Shown piece after piece: positions 9,885 to 18,931 of a DNA stretch of 64,000 nt; within the stretch, counting starts at the first letter, position 1, and each line of letters starts with the position of its first letter. The notes under the pieces were generated by a model. The model was not told where the DNA came from. It worked only from the letters and a program-made list of their open reading frames with translations, and did not search any database. The stretch is from Gemmatimonadota bacterium (GTDB lineage: Bacteria > Gemmatimonadota > Gemmatimonadetes > Longimicrobiales > Gaopeijiaceae), in contig JBDHHQ010000009.1 in NCBI GenBank assembly GCA_039589315.1, positions 30,972 to 94,971 of the forward strand, read 5' to 3'. A program made the translations under genes and the position numbers.

Positions 9885-12752
9885 GTGACCGCACCGACCC
9901 GCCTCCGAGTCACGCTGTTGCGACTGGGCATCTGGAGCTGCCTGGCCCCGTCCTCGGTGTTGGCACAGGAGGCCGGGAGCATCCTCGGGCGCGTCGTCGG
10001 CTCGGAGACCGGCGAGCCCCTCGCCAACGTGCGGATCGAGCTCGTGGGTCCGCCGGGAGCGACGCTGAGCGGGGAGGACGGGCGCTTCATCCTGGTGGGA
10101 GTGCCGGCAGGCGACCGTACCGTGCGGATCTCGCTCATCGGCTACCGGAGCCTCACGGTGGACGGCGTTTTCGTTCGAGCCGGCCGGTCTGTTCGCCTCG
10201 ATCCGGAGCTCGCTCCCGAGGCGCTGGAGCTGCCCGGCGTCACGGCCGAAGTCGATCGCATCCGGCTCATCGAGCCCGAGATCAGCGCGACGCATGAAGT
10301 CGTCCTGGGCCGCGAGCTCCGGGAGCTGCCCGCGGACAATGTGGCCGAGGTCGTGGAGCTGGCGCCGGGTGTGAGCGACGGCCACTTCCGCGGGGGGCGT
10401 GTGGGCCAGGAGGTCTACGTCATAGACGGCCTCGAGTTCAAGAACCAGCTCGAGGCGTCGAGCTCCGGCAGTGGATTGGAGCTGCCGCCCACCTCCCTCC
10501 AGGAGTTGGAGGTGCTGACGGGGGGGATCGGCGCACAATACGGCAACGCCCTGAGCGGCGTGGTCCGCTACGTAACCCGCCGCGGCGATGCGGAGCGGTG
10601 GATGGCGGCAGGCTCCTTCCGGACCGACCATTGGGCTCCGGACGACCTGTACCGGGGGTTCTCCTCCCTGTCCGTCACGGCCGGGGGTCCGCTCTCCTTC
10701 CTGGGGCCCAGCTCGACGCTTTTCGCCGACCTGCTCGTGCAGGGGCTACAGGACGCGGATCCGCGGGCACGGGGGCTTACCTGCCTTCGGCAAGGCGATG
10801 GCGACGCCGCTCTGGACGGGCTGATCCGGGACGTGGCCGAAGACGCGACCACCGCGCGTCTCTACTGCCCCTATCAGGACCCCAGCTTCCCCCACCAACA
10901 GGGAGAGAAGATCCTGGGCTTCCTTCGCTGGGATCAGGCGATCGGTCCCGGCCTCGGTCTGACGGCCTCGCTGTTGGCCAATCGATTCCAGCGCCAGCTC
11001 TACACCTCTGAGCTGAAGTACAACGCGGAGAACCAGCTCGGCCAGCGTACCAAGGCCCTGCTGGCCATGTTGGCCCTGGACTGGACGAAGCAGGCAGTGG
11101 GCTCCGGGGTGCACGTCACCGCCCGTCTCTCGGCCACGCGCTTGGACCGGCACCTCGGCGCCCTCGATCCCTGGACCTTCGACGGTCGCGGACGGATCGG
11201 TGGCGTGGGGCTGTCGGACTTCCGTTTCCTGGGCGAGGACTTCGTTCGCTCCCCAATCGAGGAACAGCTCCTGTCCGGCTCCCCCGTGCCCGGATACCGG
11301 GATCCGGGCGGCTCGACGGGCTCCCCCTACGGCCCGGCCGGAGAGGGCATCTTCTTCACCGAGGGCACCACGGATCTGGCAAACTGGAGCCGTTCCGAGT
11401 TTCTGGCCGCCGACGTGGTGGGCGAGGTGTTGAGCGCTGCGGGTCATCGTCTCCGCGGCGGTGCCAGCGCCAAGTGGTGGCGCGTGGAGAGCTACGAGCG
11501 GGTTCTGAGCCATCTTGCCGGTTCCTCACCGAACTACACGCGCTTCTTCCCCACGACCCTCAACGGCTTCGCCGAGGTGACGCTGGCTGCGGCCGACGAG
11601 CTGAACGTGTACCTGGGCGCCCGGGTGGAGGCGTTCCAATCGGGGCTCTCATTCCGCCCGGACCGCCACGACTTCCTCTCGCCGGTGGTGGACACCGAGT
11701 GGAAGACGGCGATCCTGCCGCGCATCGGCGTAACTGGCCCGATCCCGGGCACGGAAGGCCGGACCGCGTTCCGGTTCAACTACGGCGTGGTGTCCCAGCC
11801 CCCCGACTTCCAGTTCTTCCTGGACACCAGCATCGGCGATTCGCTGCGGACGGACATCCGACGACAGGGCAACCCGAACTTGACCTTCGAGCGCGGCACG
11901 GCCTTCGAAGTCGCCGTGTCGCACCTGTTCACCGACGCCGTCGCGGCCACACTCGTGGGGTTCAGGAAGGAGCTCACCAATCTGGTGTCCGGCAACCTCG
12001 GCTTCCCGGGAGTCGCGCCCAACCAGTTCACCACGGGGGACTTCGGCACCGTCCGCGGAGTCGAGCTTTCGGTGCGGGGTGGGTGGCGGCGTGTGCGCGC
12101 GCGCCTGGGCTACGCGCTCCAGAAGGCCACGGGGGTCGTATCCAGCGCGTTGAGCGACGAGCCCGAGGTGGACGGGGAGGTCAGGGAGGAGTTTCCGCTG
12201 TCCTTCGACCGTCGACACTCCGGTAACCTGGCCCTCTTCCTCGGGCGAGCGGCGGGAGATCCGGACCCGCCCTGGTCCGTGACCACGGTGGCGACCCTCG
12301 AGAGCGGCTATCCCATCGTCAGGGGGGAGGAGGAGGTCACCTCGGGCGTCACGAGCGAGCCCACGCACCTTCCCTGGACCTTCCAGGTCGACGTTCGGGG
12401 CGGCTGGCAGTTCGGCCGCCTGCCCGGCTGTGACGCCTGCGGCTGGCGGGTGCTGGCCGAGGTGAAGAACCTATTCGGTCAGGAGAACGTCGTGGCGCTG
12501 CGGAAGGACACGCGCACGGTGGCGCCGCCGGCCGAGACCGTCGAGGCGCTGGCTCGGGATCTGGCGATCCCCGAGCCCATCCCGCGGGAGTCGCCGAGGT
12601 ACAGCGCCCAGATCGATCTCGACGGAGACGGCCGCATCACGCCGGCGGAATTCGAGAAGGCCCGGCTCGCCGCCGCCCTCGACCGCTTCGACCCGTCCCT
12701 CTTCTACGATGACCCCGTGCAAGTACGCCTGGGCATCGAGGTCTTCTTCTGA
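9885..12752 (+). CDS. TonB-dependent receptor with N-terminal carboxypeptidase-regulatory-like domain
   Basis: Signal ...SSVLA|QE; GSILGRVVGSETGEPLANV; plug HFRGGR...VIDG, EVLTGGIGAQYGNALSGVV; GNPNLTFE; terminal VRLGIEVFF. Confidence 0.9.
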   Translation: MTAPTRLRVTLLRLGIWSCLAPSSVLAQEAGSILGRVVGSETGEPLANVRIELVGPPGATLSGEDGRFILVGVPAGDRTVRISLIGYRSLTVDGVFVRAGRSVRLDPELAPEALELPGVTAEVDRIRLIEPEISATHEVVLGRELRELPADNVAEVVELAPGVSDGHFRGGRVGQEVYVIDGLEFKNQLEASSSGSGLELPPTSLQELEVLTGGIGAQYGNALSGVVRYVTRRGDAERWMAAGSFRTDHWAPDDLYRGFSSLSVTAGGPLSFLGPSSTLFADLLVQGLQDADPRARGLTCLRQGDGDAALDGLIRDVAEDATTARLYCPYQDPSFPHQQGEKILGFLRWDQAIGPGLGLTASLLANRFQRQLYTSELKYNAENQLGQRTKALLAMLALDWTKQAVGSGVHVTARLSATRLDRHLGALDPWTFDGRGRIGGVGLSDFRFLGEDFVRSPIEEQLLSGSPVPGYRDPGGSTGSPYGPAGEGIFFTEGTTDLANWSRSEFLAADVVGEVLSAAGHRLRGGASAKWWRVESYERVLSHLAGSSPNYTRFFPTTLNGFAEVTLAAADELNVYLGARVEAFQSGLSFRPDRHDFLSPVVDTEWKTAILPRIGVTGPIPGTEGRTAFRFNYGVVSQPPDFQFFLDTSIGDSLRTDIRRQGNPNLTFERGTAFEVAVSHLFTDAVAATLVGFRKELTNLVSGNLGFPGVAPNQFTTGDFGTVRGVELSVRGGWRRVRARLGYALQKATGVVSSALSDEPEVDGEVREEFPLSFDRRHSGNLALFLGRAAGDPDPPWSVTTVATLESGYPIVRGEEEVTSGVTSEPTHLPWTFQVDVRGGWQFGRLPGCDACGWRVLAEVKNLFGQENVVALRKDTRTVAPPAETVEALARDLAIPEPIPRESPRYSAQIDLDGDGRITPAEFEKARLAAALDRFDPSLFYDDPVQVRLGIEVFF

Positions 12753-13915
12753 TGCTCGGTCGACTGACGGCTTTGGCGTTGGTCTCGGTCGCATTGGTGG
12801 CCTGCCAGGACGCCACGCTTCCGTTCGAGGCCACCGATCGACCGGACGAGAGCCAGTCGCTGCCTCGCCAGCTCACCTTTTCGGAGGCTGACGACCGCTC
12901 CCCCGCCTGGGATCCAGGTACGGACGCGGTCCTGTTCTCGACGGAGGGCTTTCCTCCCTTCGTGGCCGCGCCCGGACTGCTGCTGGCCGTCCCGTCGGGA
13001 GGTGGGGCGGCGACGGAGCTCCTGCCGGACCTGCAGTTTCCCGGCGGGCCGCGGGACTGGTTCGCCAGCCCCACGCCCTCGCCCGGCGGGGGAAGAATGG
13101 CGTGGGCAGAGCTCTGGGGCGTGCGGGACAGCAACCTCTGCCCCGGCACGGGGGTCACGTGCGCCACCGAGCTTCCCACCGAGGGTGTGGCGCCCCGTTT
13201 GGCGGAGGTGCGACTGCGGGTCGCCTCGGCCGATACCGGATCCGCGAACCGCGTGCTCCGGGTCTCCATGGAAGGACTGGCGGAGCTGCCGTCCTCGGGA
13301 GGCCTCACCAGCTACGCGGTGTCGCTGCATCCCTTTCAGGCGCTCTTCCACCTCGAGGGCTCGGCCGTCTTCCGTCCCTCGTGGTCCCCGTCGGGCGATC
13401 GTCTGGCGTTCAGCGACGGCTTGCGCCTGCTCATCTGGTCGGTGGACGGAGGCGACCCGGCTCCGATCCCGTCCACGGAAGACGGCGTCCACGCCGCCTG
13501 GTCTCCGGATGGCGAGTGGATCGCGTTCACACGCCTCGTCCGCGGCGAGCCCGTTGCCTTCGAGTGCCTCCACTCGGTGCTTCTGGGGCCGGTGTGCCGG
13601 CAGGAGCGGGTCGAGTATCCCATCCAGGGCCGGGTGGTCACGGTGGTGCGGCCCGATGGATCCGACGCGACCGAGGTGGGACCCGGCGACGACCCGGCCT
13701 GGCTGCCGGATTCCCAGACGCTCGTGTTCCGCCGACAGGGCACGCTATGGACCGCGAAGCGTGACGGGTCCAGCTCGGCTCAGGTGACCGGGACGGAGGG
13801 GGGGCGGGAGCCGGCCCCCTCGCCGGACGGCACCGCGGTCGTCTTCGCGCGGATCGACCCCCGGTTCATGACCCACGACCTCTGGGTGGTGGCGTTGGGC
13901 GGAGACGCACGTTGA
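12752..13915 (+). CDS. TolB-like PD40 beta-propeller lipoprotein
   Basis: Lipobox LVAC; repeats PAWDPG, PSWSPSG, AAWSPDG, PAWLPDS, PAPSPDG; TGATG overlap with the TBDR stop. Confidence 0.8.
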   Translation: MLGRLTALALVSVALVACQDATLPFEATDRPDESQSLPRQLTFSEADDRSPAWDPGTDAVLFSTEGFPPFVAAPGLLLAVPSGGGAATELLPDLQFPGGPRDWFASPTPSPGGGRMAWAELWGVRDSNLCPGTGVTCATELPTEGVAPRLAEVRLRVASADTGSANRVLRVSMEGLAELPSSGGLTSYAVSLHPFQALFHLEGSAVFRPSWSPSGDRLAFSDGLRLLIWSVDGGDPAPIPSTEDGVHAAWSPDGEWIAFTRLVRGEPVAFECLHSVLLGPVCRQERVEYPIQGRVVTVVRPDGSDATEVGPGDDPAWLPDSQTLVFRRQGTLWTAKRDGSSSAQVTGTEGGREPAPSPDGTAVVFARIDPRFMTHDLWVVALGGDAR

Positions 13916-15090
13916 GCCGCCAGGCGCCACGGCGGGAGCGGATCGCGAGGCCCGGCGGGCGTCGGTCGGCTTCGACCGAGCGACTCGGCCTTCGCCAACT
14001 GGGGGTCCGGTCGGTCATGGTGACGGTCGCGGCCACAGCGCTGTGGACGGCGACGACCGCGTGCGGCGACCCCGTGGTGGTGCTGGGGGACCTGCCCGGC
14101 ATCATGCGGGTGGTGGTCGGCACGGCCCCCGATCAGGATCCGCAGGCCGGGCCCCCGGCCACCCGAGTGCAGCTCCAGGCCCCACGAGCCCTGTCCGTGT
14201 CTCCCGAGGGGCTGCTCTACCTGATCGACCCACCCGAGCGGGCGATCCTCGAGGTCTCGCCAGCAGGGGCCGTACGCGCGCTGCTCGACGGGGAGGGATG
14301 CGCCCGGACGGTGTGCCTGACGCGGCCTGCCGGTATCGCCCTGGACGGCCGTGGCGGGGTCCTCGTGGCAGATCCCGGGTCGGGACGGGTCGTCCGGGTC
14401 GCGTTGGACGGGAGCGGCGGAGAGGTTCTCGCCGGCCGGCCGGGCGGCGACCCACCCCGGGCCGGCGCGCCTGCCCTCTCGGTGGCGCTGGCGGAGCCCA
14501 CCGGCGTCGCCGCCGCGGGGGACGGAAGCGTCTACGTTTCCGAGCGGGACGCTCACCGGATCTGGCGAATCGAGCGAACCGGTACGTTGACCCCTGTAGC
14601 CGGCACCGGCACCGCCGGCCATCGGGACGGCGACGCCCTGGGCGCCCGCTTTCGTACGCCGACGGCACTGTTCCTTCACGATGCGACCCTGTACGTGGCC
14701 GACCAGGGGAATCACCGTGTCCGTGCCGTGGCGCTGGAGGCGTCGACGGTCTCCACCATGGCCGGGACCGGGAACGCGGGCTACGCGGGAGACGGAGGTC
14801 AAGCTCGGAGCGCCACCTTCCGGAGCCCGGAGGGCGTGGCGGTCACGGCGGACGGGCGGAGCCTCTTCATCAGCGACAAGGGGAACCACAGGGTTCGCCG
14901 GCTGAACCTGGAGACGGGCGTGGTCACGACCTTTGCCGGGACCGGGTCGCCCGGGTATGGCGGGAGCGGATTCGAGGCGGGCGTCACCGACCTGTCGGCG
15001 CCCGCCGACGTGGCGATCCTGGGGACCAACTTCCTCTTCGTGGCCGACACGGGGAACCGAATCGTGTGGAGGACCCCCATCGGGCCGTGA
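13912..15090 (+). CDS. NHL-repeat beta-propeller protein, probable lipoprotein
   Basis: PAGIALD, PTGVAAAGDG, VAGTGTAG, LYVADQGNHRVR, ISDKGNHRVRR, VADTGNRIV; TTAC lipobox-like motif; alternative start ATG 14017. Confidence 0.82.
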   Translation: MSRQAPRRERIARPGGRRSASTERLGLRQLGVRSVMVTVAATALWTATTACGDPVVVLGDLPGIMRVVVGTAPDQDPQAGPPATRVQLQAPRALSVSPEGLLYLIDPPERAILEVSPAGAVRALLDGEGCARTVCLTRPAGIALDGRGGVLVADPGSGRVVRVALDGSGGEVLAGRPGGDPPRAGAPALSVALAEPTGVAAAGDGSVYVSERDAHRIWRIERTGTLTPVAGTGTAGHRDGDALGARFRTPTALFLHDATLYVADQGNHRVRAVALEASTVSTMAGTGNAGYAGDGGQARSATFRSPEGVAVTADGRSLFISDKGNHRVRRLNLETGVVTTFAGTGSPGYGGSGFEAGVTDLSAPADVAILGTNFLFVADTGNRIVWRTPIGP

Positions 15091-15100
15091 GGCGCTTCCC

Positions 15101-17236
15101 TCAGTAGCGGGCCAACTCGCGGATCGCGGCCAGCACGTCGTCCACCTGTGGCAGAATGGCGTGCTCCAGCTGGGGCGCATAGGCCACCCACGTGTCCATC
15201 GAGGCAACCCTACGAACGGGACCGTCCAGCCAAGGGAACAGCTCGTCGGCGATTCGAGCCGCGATCTCGGAGCCGATGCCCCACGACAGCGCGTCCTCGT
15301 AGACCACCACCACCTTGTTGGTGCGCCGCACCGACTCGGAAACGGTGTCCATGTCGAAGGGCGAAAGCGTGCGCAGGTCGATCACCTCGACATCGGTACC
15401 TTCGGCGGCCGCGGCCTTGGCGGCGTCGAGAGAGCGCTTCACCAGCGCTCCGCACGTGACCACGGTCAGGTCGGAGCCTGGACGCACCACCTTCGCCTTG
15501 CCGAAGGGGATCATGAAGTCGGGCCCGGGAGTCCGCCCCTTGTTGTACACCTGCCGGTACAGGTGCTTGTGCTCGAGGAAGATGACGGGATCGTCACAGC
15601 GCACGGCCGTGCGCAGCAATCCGTTGGCGTCTACGGCGTTGGACGGGAGGACGACGCGCAGGCCGGGCGTGTGGGCGAAGATGCTCTCGCCGGTCTGGGA
15701 GTGATAGATGCCGCCGCCCTTGAGGTAGCCGCCGTAGGTGACCCGTACCACCACGGGTGCCGAGTAGCTGTTGTTGGACCGGTAGCGCATCGTGGCCAAC
15801 TCGTTCCGGATCTGCATGAACGCCGGCCAGATGTAGTCGAAGAACTGTATCTCGACCACGGGACGCAGCCCCCGGAGCGCCATGCCGATGGCCCGGCCCA
15901 CGATGTTGGCCTCGGCCAGGGGGGAGTTGAACACCCGGTGGTCTCCGAACTGGCGCTGGAGTCCGTGCGTGACCTTGAAGACGCCGCCTTTGCCCTTCAC
16001 CTCCTCCAGGTACTGCGAGTGCGAGGCGTCGGCGACGTCCTCGCCGAAGAGGACGATGCGGGGATCCCGCTCCATCTCCGAGCGCAGACAGGCGTTGAGC
16101 AGGTCCACCACGGTCTTTTCGTTCTCGGTTTCGTCGAACCGCGGATCGTCCTCGGAGTCGAAGTCCGGCCCGGTGGGGTCCACCGCTTCCGAGTACAGGA
16201 ATCGGCTCGCCGTTCCCGGCTCCGGCTGGGGTCGTTCGTGGGCTTCATCCGCCGCTTCGCTGACGCGTTCCCGGATCCGGATGTCGAGGGCGTCCAGCTC
16301 CTCCGTAGACGCCAGCCCCGCTTCGAGGATCAGGGCCCGGGTACGCGACAGCGGGTCGCGGCGGGCTTCTTCGTCGCGCTGGTGAGTGGGCTTGTAGGCC
16401 CGCTCGTCGTCGGACATGGAGTGGGAATACGGGCGCACCACGTGGGCGTGGAGCAACACCGGGCCGTGCCCGTGCCGACAGTGTCGAACCGCCCGGGCGC
16501 CTACGTCGTAAGACTCCACGACGTCGGTGCCGTCGCACTCCAGCACGAGGAGGTCAGGGAACCCCTCGAGCGTCCGGGAGATACTGCCCGCCGGAGTCTG
16601 GACGGCGACCGGTACCGAGATGGCGTAGCCGTTGTCCTCGATCAGGAAGATCACCGGGAGCTTCAGGACCGTCGCGGTGTTGAGGGCCTCCCAGAACTCC
16701 CCCTCCGAGGTGGTGCCCTCGCCGGCGCAGCACAGAACGACCTCGTCGTCCTGGAACGAGCTCACGAGCGACTGGAGCTCAGGGAGGAGTCGAGCCCGGT
16801 GACCGGCCTCGGCAGCGCCCACTGCCTGCAGGAACTGGGTCCCGGTGGGCGACGAGGTGCTGGCGATGTTGTAGCGGGCGTCGCCGAAATGGGACGGCAT
16901 CTGGCGCCCCCCGCTGGCCGGGTCGTCCGCGGCCCCCACGGCTTGCAGGAAGTGGTCGAGGGGATGTTGGCCGGCCGTCAGCGCCAGGGCCCGGTCCCGG
17001 TAGTAGAGGAAGTACCAATCCTTCCCACCTCTGAGGTGGGCCCCGAGGGCCACCTGGACCGCTTCGTGTCCGGCACCTGAGATCTGGAAGTAGATCCGGT
17101 TCTGCCGCTTCAGGCTGATCTCGCGGTCATCGATGGCGCGGGCGGTCACCATGGTGCGGTAGAAGTCTAGGAGCAGCTCGGGCGTCAGATCGCCGAGGGC
17201 GGGCGAGGCGTGCCCCTGTTCGGTTCCGGTGAACAT
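15101..17236 (-). CDS. 2-oxoacid dehydrogenase E1, fused alpha/beta subunits (probably branched-chain type)
   Basis: [22 protein letters not shown] motif [12 protein letters not shown]...N, YSHSMSDD; beta part [28 protein letters not shown]. Confidence 0.92.
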   Translation of the reverse strand: MFTGTEQGHASPALGDLTPELLLDFYRTMVTARAIDDREISLKRQNRIYFQISGAGHEAVQVALGAHLRGGKDWYFLYYRDRALALTAGQHPLDHFLQAVGAADDPASGGRQMPSHFGDARYNIASTSSPTGTQFLQAVGAAEAGHRARLLPELQSLVSSFQDDEVVLCCAGEGTTSEGEFWEALNTATVLKLPVIFLIEDNGYAISVPVAVQTPAGSISRTLEGFPDLLVLECDGTDVVESYDVGARAVRHCRHGHGPVLLHAHVVRPYSHSMSDDERAYKPTHQRDEEARRDPLSRTRALILEAGLASTEELDALDIRIRERVSEAADEAHERPQPEPGTASRFLYSEAVDPTGPDFDSEDDPRFDETENEKTVVDLLNACLRSEMERDPRIVLFGEDVADASHSQYLEEVKGKGGVFKVTHGLQRQFGDHRVFNSPLAEANIVGRAIGMALRGLRPVVEIQFFDYIWPAFMQIRNELATMRYRSNNSYSAPVVVRVTYGGYLKGGGIYHSQTGESIFAHTPGLRVVLPSNAVDANGLLRTAVRCDDPVIFLEHKHLYRQVYNKGRTPGPDFMIPFGKAKVVRPGSDLTVVTCGALVKRSLDAAKAAAAEGTDVEVIDLRTLSPFDMDTVSESVRRTNKVVVVYEDALSWGIGSEIAARIADELFPWLDGPVRRVASMDTWVAYAPQLEHAILPQVDDVLAAIRELARY

Positions 17237-17376
17237 TGTCTCTCCGCGTTGTCCTGCGATGTCGGCGTGGCGCGCGCGGCGGGCCGGACGAGGTGGAGCC
17301 GATGAAGGGCCCAAAGATAACAGCCCAGCGGAAAGCTACGGAAGCAAACACCCGTCCTCGCCCCGCTCCGGGTCCG

Positions 17377-17402
17377 GGAACCCTCCGACGGAGGGCGAGT
17401 TG
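17377..17402 (+). promoter_or_regulatory. Putative ECF sigma-factor promoter (GGAAC-N17-GTTG)
   Basis: GGAAC at 17377-17381 and GTTG at 17399-17402 with a 17-nt spacer, just upstream of the long + strand operon. Confidence 0.4.
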
Positions 17403-17432
17403 CAAAGGGTGTGGCGGAAAGCGGGCGAGGGA

Positions 17433-17780
17433 GTGGCGATCGGGCAAGGCCCGTCTGTGAGCAACCGCGGACCGGCGCTAGATTCACCGTCGACGGACTC
17501 CATCACCCGAGCCGGGGAGCTTGCCGCGATCTCGAGCACATTCGCCCGCCTGGCGGGCCTCGCCTGGAGGCATCCGAGCCTGTGGCTTCCTCTGCTGCGC
17601 TCCTCCTGGACCTTCCGGGCCCGAGACTGGTATCGGCGCCCTCCGTTCCTTCCTCTTCCTCCGGCATCCTACTTGCAGTGGAGGATGGAAACGGCGTACG
17701 GCGACGCGGACGCAACGCCGCCAGTAGACGAACTGATTCGTTATCTCCGTTGGACTTCGGAGATGAGGCGCCGGAGATGA
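17433..17780 (+). CDS. Hypothetical protein
   Basis: Coding-like aromatic/Pro motif WYRRPPFLPLPPASYLQWRMETAYGD; start uncertain. Confidence 0.65.
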   Translation: MAIGQGPSVSNRGPALDSPSTDSITRAGELAAISSTFARLAGLAWRHPSLWLPLLRSSWTFRARDWYRRPPFLPLPPASYLQWRMETAYGDADATPPVDELIRYLRWTSEMRRRR

Positions 17781-17796
17781 CCCGGGAGGAAGGGCC

Positions 17797-18183
17797 GTGT
17801 TCAAGCTGATACTCTTTCTGCTCGTGGCGCTGGGAGCCGCTCTCTACTTCCCGACGTCGCGCGTGGTGGTGCTGGACGTGGCCGAGCCGGTTCTGAATCC
17901 GGTCATGGAGTGGTCCACGAAGGGTGAGATGCGCAAGATCGCCCGGGACCTCGAGACCTTCGAGCGGAGCTGGGAGTCCCTGCCCACGCAGGACGGATGG
18001 TCTCGTTGGCTCGAGACCAAGTACACCACCGACGACGGCAAGACGGACTCCTGGGGGAACGATTACGCCCTTCAGGTGTGGCCAGACTCGTTCGCCGTGG
18101 TCTCGGCCGGTATCGACGGGCAGATGGGGACTCAGGACGACCTGAAGACGGCACGGGAGCGGGTGGCAGGACGCCGCCGCTAG
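17797..18183 (+). CDS. GspG/pseudopilin-like C-terminal-domain protein
   Basis: N-terminal TM helix; DSWGNDY...VVSAGIDGQMGTQDDL matches the T2SS GspG C-terminal signature DPWGxxY...SxGxDGxxGTxDD. Confidence 0.7.
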   Translation: MFKLILFLLVALGAALYFPTSRVVVLDVAEPVLNPVMEWSTKGEMRKIARDLETFERSWESLPTQDGWSRWLETKYTTDDGKTDSWGNDYALQVWPDSFAVVSAGIDGQMGTQDDLKTARERVAGRRR

Positions 18184-18278
18184 CCGACCTCCTCCGCCAG
18201 AGTGCCGGGATCCCCTCGGCCGGGCCGGCCGCCGTTCGGGCGGCGGCTGTCCGGCACTACCGTCTGCCCCGGCCTGAC

Positions 18279-18926
18279 GTGCAATCCAACCCCCAGCTCA
18301 CCGAAGCGCTCGTCACGCTCGGGCCTTGGGTCGTTCTGCTGATGACGTTCGCGGAGACCGCGTTCATCACCGGCTTCTTCGTCCCGGCCTTGCCCACCAT
18401 CATGCTGGCGTGCCTTCTTGCCCTCGAGGGCCACTACGGGTTGGGCGGCGTCGTCCTGGCCACCGTCTCGGGTGGTGCCCTCGGCGACTCCACCGGCTTC
18501 TGGGTGGGGCGGCGTGGAGGGCGACGCCTCCTCGACGGCGGGGGCCGAATTCGCGAGTTGGCACGGAGAGGTGAACGCCGTACGACCGCGATCATGGACC
18601 GTCATTCAATCCTGGGTGTCAGCCTCGCGCGGTGCATCTCGTTCGTCCGCACGCTCATGCCCCTGACCGCCGGCATGAGCAATCTCGCCTACCGCCGCTT
18701 TCTCCTCTACGACCTGCTGGGGGTCGCCGTCTGGGCCGCGGGTTCGATCGTCGTGGGCGTGGGGGCAGCGGTGGGATGGCAGCGGGTCCGGGACGATTTG
18801 GGTCCGTGGTGGGCCGCCGGCGCGATTCTGCTGGCAGGCGTGATCTGGTCGGTCCTCAAGATCCGGCGCATGCTGTCGAGCCGCCGCACCGGTGGCGGTG
18901 AGGCCACGGCCGGGGTGGAGGGATAG
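18279..18926 (+). CDS. DedA family membrane protein
   Basis: FAETAFITGFFVP, LGDSTGFWVGR, RCISFVRTLMPLTAG, FLLYDLLGVAVW. Confidence 0.88.
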   Translation: MQSNPQLTEALVTLGPWVVLLMTFAETAFITGFFVPALPTIMLACLLALEGHYGLGGVVLATVSGGALGDSTGFWVGRRGGRRLLDGGGRIRELARRGERRTTAIMDRHSILGVSLARCISFVRTLMPLTAGMSNLAYRRFLLYDLLGVAVWAAGSIVVGVGAAVGWQRVRDDLGPWWAAGAILLAGVIWSVLKIRRMLSSRRTGGGEATAGVEG

Positions 18927-18931
18927 GGCTG

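Noticed and set aside
14933..17080. Long antisense or alternate-frame ORFs (also 18707-21223, 30964-33369, 33619-36303, 47041-48981)
   Set aside because: These are typical stop-poor shadow frames of GC-rich genes, with no recognisable motifs.
15101..17236. E1 alpha/beta fusion as a novelty
   Set aside because: Fused E1 proteins are well known in several phyla, such as Bacteroidota and Chlamydiae.
17281..17340. CCGGACGAGGTG resembling the start of a guanidine-III riboswitch
   Set aside because: The remaining conserved elements and pseudoknot are absent, and the downstream genes do not fit.
17777..17809. ATGA-initiated mini-ORF (also MM* at 21361)
   Set aside because: It does not end at the next start, and the next gene has its own RBS. 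It shows that ATGA overlaps arise by chance, which tempers the mini-ORF findings.
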